Below are positions 49,283-52,789 of a stretch of 52,789 nucleotides of DNA, one piece after another. The notes under the pieces were generated by a model. It made no database searches, was not told the DNA's origin, and worked only from the letters and a program-made list of their open reading frames with translations. The DNA is from Candidatus Faecimonas gallistercoris. Its GTDB lineage: Bacteria; Bacillota_I; Bacilli_A; RF39; UBA660. A program made the position numbers and the translations under genes. The first letter of the stretch is position 1. Each line of letters starts with the position of its first letter. The stretch lies in NCBI GenBank assembly GCA_018712565.1, contig DVGU01000057.1, positions 1 through 52,789 on the forward strand. Reading direction: 5' to 3'.

Positions 49283-50083
49283 ATGTATAAGAATAAAAAG
49301 AAAAAACAAATGAATTTAAAAGTTTTAATTATCGTTGTAGCAGTTGTTGTGATTTTTGGATTGGCTGTTTCTGTTTATATGAGTCGTTCTCCTTTTTTAG
49401 GAGAGGGAATAATTAAAGATATTGTGACGGTTATTAATAAAGTTGTTATGTATCCGTTTACTGCGTTAAATGGAGAGAAAAATGTTGATCAATCAGAAAG
49501 TTATCTTATTCAGAAGAATGTAAATGCTTCTTTAGAAGAAGAAATTCAGGAATTAAAAGATGTTTTGAGTTTAAATAATACATTAACAGAATATACACCA
49601 ATTAATGCTACAATTTTATCTAGAAATCGGAGTTATTGGTTTAATCAGATTATGATTGATAAGGGATCAAATGATGGAATAAAAGAAGATATGGCTGTAG
49701 TTACTAAGCACGGTTTAGTAGGTAAGATTTCTAAGGTATATCGTAACTCTAGTGAAATTAAATTGATTACTTCTGATGATGTTAATTATAAGGTTAGTGT
49801 GGCTATTCAAACTGGAAATGGAGATAGTTATGCCATTTTGAATGGTTATGATGCTGATACAGAATGTGTTATGGTTACTGGTGTTGATAAGATGAGTACT
49901 GTAAAAAAAGGTGACACTATTGTTACAAGTGGCCTTGGTGGAATGTTTCCGGGAGGAATTTATGTAGGAGTTGTTGAGGATGTCAAAAGCGATAAATATG
50001 ATTTAAGTAAGACCTTATATATTAAAACATCACAAGATTTTAATAATATTCATTATGTTACAGTTTTAAAGGAGAAAGAATAG
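49283..50083 (+). CDS. mreC: Rod shape-determining protein MreC
   Basis: TM, coiled coil, IDKGSNDGI, GLVGKI, TSGLGGMFPGGIYVG. Confidence 0.93.
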   Translation: MYKNKKKKQMNLKVLIIVVAVVVIFGLAVSVYMSRSPFLGEGIIKDIVTVINKVVMYPFTALNGEKNVDQSESYLIQKNVNASLEEEIQELKDVLSLNNTLTEYTPINATILSRNRSYWFNQIMIDKGSNDGIKEDMAVVTKHGLVGKISKVYRNSSEIKLITSDDVNYKVSVAIQTGNGDSYAILNGYDADTECVMVTGVDKMSTVKKGDTIVTSGLGGMFPGGIYVGVVEDVKSDKYDLSKTLYIKTSQDFNNIHYVTVLKEKE

Positions 50084-50084
50084 T

Positions 50085-50597
50085 ATGGTAGTTCCTGTTA
50101 TTATATTAGTAGTTTCTTTATTTTTAGATGGTATACTTTCAAATTTTTTTCCTTATGTAGTAGGAAATTTATCGCTTTTTACTCCTATGTTTACAATTGT
50201 TTCTCTTGTTGTTGTATATCCTTTTTTTATAAAAAAAATAAAGTTTTATTTTATTAGTTGTTTTATTTTAGGTATTGTTTATGATTTTATGTATACTAAT
50301 TTGTTATTTTATAATGCTATTTTCTTTTTAGGATTAGCTGTTATTATTATGTTTTTATATCGGAATATTCGATTGACTTGGATTAGTATATTATTGTTTA
50401 TTTCTTTAACAATTGTTAGTTATGAGTGTATGAATGCTATTATTATACTTATATTTCAGCTTGTTCCAATGACATTTTATCGTTTACTTTACAAAATATT
50501 ACATAGTTTATTATTGAATTTATTGTATGGTGAAGTTCTTTATTTTGTTATACGATTGCTTCCTAAAAAATATAAAAGAATATCTATTAATTCTTAA
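50085..50597 (+). CDS. mreD: Rod shape-determining protein MreD
   Basis: Hydrophobic 170 aa with GIVYD motif, directly after mreC. Confidence 0.85.
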   Translation: MVVPVIILVVSLFLDGILSNFFPYVVGNLSLFTPMFTIVSLVVVYPFFIKKIKFYFISCFILGIVYDFMYTNLLFYNAIFFLGLAVIIMFLYRNIRLTWISILLFISLTIVSYECMNAIIILIFQLVPMTFYRLLYKILHSLLLNLLYGEVLYFVIRLLPKKYKRISINS

Positions 50598-50604
50598 GAA
50601 AAGT

Positions 50605-50633
50605 ACATATTTACTTTTCTTTTTTCATATCCT
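50605..50633 (+). promoter_or_regulatory. SigE-type promoter of spoIVF
   Basis: ACATATT-14 bp-CATATCCT matches the sigma-E consensus; spoIVF is sigma-E controlled in B. subtilis. Confidence 0.6.
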
Positions 50634-50651
50634 TAATTAGAGGAGACTAAT

Positions 50652-51227
50652 ATGAATACAAGAAAAGTTATAAAAAAGAGATTAGTATTAAAAAAAAGTG
50701 TTAGAAATTTTATTACTAGAGTACTTATTACAGTTATTATTTTTTTAGTTGGAATGATTTTAGTAAAAAGTGATAGTAAAATAAAAGCAACAATATTAGA
50801 TTGTGTATATGATAATAATTTTGAATTTACGAAAATTAAAAAATTTTATCAGAAATATTTTGGTAATATTTTATCTATTGATCAGTTGGCTGTTAATGAA
50901 CAATCTGTATTTAAAGAAAAATTATCTTATGAAAAAGCTAATACTTTTTTAGATGGAGTAAAGTTAACAGTAGAGAATAATTATATGGTACCAGTACTTG
51001 AGAGTGGAATTGTTATTTTTATGGGAGAAAAGGAAGGATATGGAAATACTGTGGTAATAGAGCAAATTGATGGTATTGATGTATATTATTCTAATATTTC
51101 TACAGATGGTATTAAACTTTATGATTATGTAGAAAAAGGAACTTTGTTAGGAGAAGCGAAAAATAGAAAACTTTATTTAGTATTTCAAAAAGATGGTGAG
51201 TTTTTAAATTATAAAAAATATATTTAG
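50652..51227 (+). CDS. spoIVFA: SpoIVFA-like protein (M23/LytM fold, degenerate)
   Basis: TM plus GYGNTVVIEQ...VEKGTLLG without metal ligands; syntenic between mreD and an M50 protease. Confidence 0.75.
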   Translation: MNTRKVIKKRLVLKKSVRNFITRVLITVIIFLVGMILVKSDSKIKATILDCVYDNNFEFTKIKKFYQKYFGNILSIDQLAVNEQSVFKEKLSYEKANTFLDGVKLTVENNYMVPVLESGIVIFMGEKEGYGNTVVIEQIDGIDVYYSNISTDGIKLYDYVEKGTLLGEAKNRKLYLVFQKDGEFLNYKKYI

Positions 51228-51237
51228 TTATTTTGAG

Positions 51238-51960
51238 GTGCATCCTTTATTTTATTTGGTTGCTTTTTTTGCTATTATTACTGCTTCTTTTTTTCCTTTT
51301 TTAATTATTACTGTTTTGATATTAGTACATGAGTTTGGGCACTCTTTGATGGTGTATCTTTTTGGTGGAGAAGTTATTAAAATATTAATTTATCCTTTAG
51401 GGGGGATTTCTAAATTTTCTACTTCTTTTAATATTCCTTTAGTAAAAGAATTTATTATTTTACTTTTTGGTCCGTTATTTCAAATTATTGCTTGGTATCT
51501 ATTAATTACTTTATTTCCTGAAAAAGAAATGCTTATTTCATCTTATCATTATGGAATTTTATTTTTTAATTTACTTCCAATATATCCTTTGGATGGTGGT
51601 AAAGTTTTGTGTTTGTTTTTTCATAGAATATTTTCTTATCGATTCTCTTTTTATTTTACATTTGTAATTGGTTATTTATTAGTGCTTAGTTTTTTGATTT
51701 TTACATATTTTCATTTTTCATTTAATGTTATTTTTTTATCTATTTTTTTATTAGTTAAACTCACTAAAGAATATAGGCAAATACCTTATTTTTATGAGAG
51801 ATTTTTATTAGAAAGATATTTAAATCATTATTTTTTTAAGAAAAGTAAAATACTTAATTCTTCTAGTGATTTTCAAAGAGGGTATCATCATTTGATTAAA
51901 GATGGGGAATTATATTATTTAGAAGAAGAATATTTAGAAAAAAAGTATAAAAGTTATTGA
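51238..51960 (+). CDS. spoIVFB: SpoIVFB-like M50 intramembrane metalloprotease
   Basis: HEFGH, NLLPIYPLDGG; synteny. Confidence 0.82.
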   Translation: MHPLFYLVAFFAIITASFFPFLIITVLILVHEFGHSLMVYLFGGEVIKILIYPLGGISKFSTSFNIPLVKEFIILLFGPLFQIIAWYLLITLFPEKEMLISSYHYGILFFNLLPIYPLDGGKVLCLFFHRIFSYRFSFYFTFVIGYLLVLSFLIFTYFHFSFNVIFLSIFLLVKLTKEYRQIPYFYERFLLERYLNHYFFKKSKILNSSSDFQRGYHHLIKDGELYYLEEEYLEKKYKSY

Positions 51961-51985
51961 CATTTATGATTGTGCTTGCTATAAT
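51957..51985 (+). promoter_or_regulatory. SigA promoter of tRNA-Ala
   Basis: TTGACA-17 bp-TATAAT. Confidence 0.8.
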
Positions 51986-52019
51986 CTATTTGTCGACTTC
52001 GAAATGAGTTGATAAATAT

Positions 52020-52095
52020 GGGGCATTAGCTCAGCTGGGAGAGCGCCACGTTTGCACCGTGGAGGTCAGCGGTTCGATCCCGCTATGCTCCACCA
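52020..52095 (+). tRNA. tRNA-Ala(TGC)
   Basis: 76-nt cloverleaf, GGGGCAT/ATGCTCC acceptor with G3:U70, anticodon arm CCACG-TTTGCAC-CGTGG, GGTTCGATCC, CCA end. Confidence 0.97.
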
Positions 52096-52106
52096 TATTG
52101 ATTGTT

Positions 52107-52131
52107 ACGCTACTTAGTAGCGTTTTTTTTT
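52107..52131 (+). terminator. Rho-independent terminator after tRNA
   Basis: ACGCTAC-TTA-GTAGCGT followed by T run. Confidence 0.85.
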
Positions 52132-52274
52132 GTAAAAGAGTGATTATAAACAAAATGTTGCTAGTATTGGATTATAATCATTTTAGTTTCAGGATATTAT
52201 AAAAAATGATAAGGAAGGTGTGGATTATCCATTGTTTGAAAAAAGTAAAATAAAAAAGCACTATGTTGTGCTTT

Positions 52275-52430
52275 TTATCTGCAACCATTTCCTCCATTGT
52301 TGCAGCAATTGTTGTTGTTTCCAAAGATGAAGAAAATGATGATAATTACAATGAGAATTGCCCAAATCCAACCTGAGCCAAATCCATCATTGTTTCCATA
52401 ATTGTATGGATAAGGATACATTCCGTACAT
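52275..52430 (-). CDS. 51-aa Gly/Tyr/Asn-rich single-TM peptide, YjcZ/SscA-like spore protein
   Basis: GAAAGGA RBS; MYGMYPYPYNYGNNDGFGSGWIWAILIVIIIIFFIFGNNNNCCNNGGNGCR; terminator hairpin at 52253-52276. Confidence 0.75.
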   Translation of the reverse strand: MYGMYPYPYNYGNNDGFGSGWIWAILIVIIIIFFIFGNNNNCCNNGGNGCR

Positions 52431-52524
52431 ATTACTTCATTCCTTTCATTATAGTATAATCAAAATAAAAATAAATATATATAGCAAATGCCTAATTTTT
52501 TAATATTTTATGATGATTAAATAG

Positions 52525-52789
52525 CAGGGTTAGATTTATCTGGAAAGAGATATTTAGGAAATTTTAAAAGTTGCTTATGAAAAATTAAAAAAAATGTTAT
52601 AATTAAATTGCAACGAGTAGTTATTTATTGGTATAAGTTTAGTTGATAGCTACTTTTTAGGTATGGCAATCGCTTAAAAAATAATATGAGAAATAGTGTA
52701 TAATTAAATCAGGATAAAGAGAGGGATTTAATTATGAATTTATTTGAAAGATTTGAAATACTAGAAGATCCAAGAGATATCAGAGGAAA
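52525..52789 (+). mobile_element. Left end of an ISAs1-family insertion sequence (partial)
   Basis: CAGGG terminus at 52525 and an ORF from 52734, MNLFERFEILEDPRDIRG, with the DPR motif of ISAs1 transposase N-termini. Confidence 0.6.
52734..52789 (+). CDS. ISAs1-family transposase, N-terminus only (3'-partial)
   Basis: GAGGG RBS; only 18 codons visible. Confidence 0.55.
   Translation, partial: MNLFERFEILEDPRDIRG

Noticed and set aside
51193-51240. In-frame ATG at 51193 with TAA at 51205 upstream of spoIVFB, suggesting a nonsense mutation
   Set aside because: The segment is constrained by the overlapping spoIVFA end and all M50 motifs lie downstream of the GTG; cannot be resolved without homologs.
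52020-52095. tRNA-Ala as the ICE attachment site
   Set aside because: It lies 12 kb beyond the recombinase among housekeeping genes, with no duplicated 3' end seen; the junction is in dacB.

Overview
Very AT-rich window from a low-GC Gram-positive (Bacilli-like) bacterium that carries sporulation genes. Bases 1 to about 40,054 look like the right-hand part of an integrative conjugative element (ICE) whose left end lies upstream of the window. It holds cargo (XRE regulators, a BceAB/BceRS-type module with two permeases, a GntR/YtrA ABC module), a regulatory block (double-HTH repressor, ArpU-like activator, hairpin-rich leader), a thioester-domain adhesin with a sortase, a minimal T4SS (VirB2-, VirB6-, VirB3/PrgI- and VirB4-like proteins, M23 hydrolase, VirD4), a candidate oriT with RHH proteins and a MobL-type relaxase, a 2115-aa ArdC-N/methyltransferase/SNF2 protein, and a large serine recombinase. 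The element appears inserted inside the catalytic SxxK motif of a dacB-like D,D-carboxypeptidase gene. Host genes follow: metallophosphoesterases, an FAD oxidoreductase, a cyclophilin, T-box plus valS, radC, mreC, mreD, spoIVFA, spoIVFB, tRNA-Ala, a small spore-type peptide and the start of an ISAs1-like transposase. The most striking unexplained signal is a C-terminal tag. Seven unrelated, non-structural ICE proteins, including SSB, a catalytically dead resolvase domain and the giant methylase-helicase, end in [DE][DE][LMK]ER-stop, five directly and two after repairing a 1-nt homopolymer indel. This is a candidate T4SS protein-translocation signal defining a co-delivered protein set. All family assignments come from motif recognition by eye; no database search was run.
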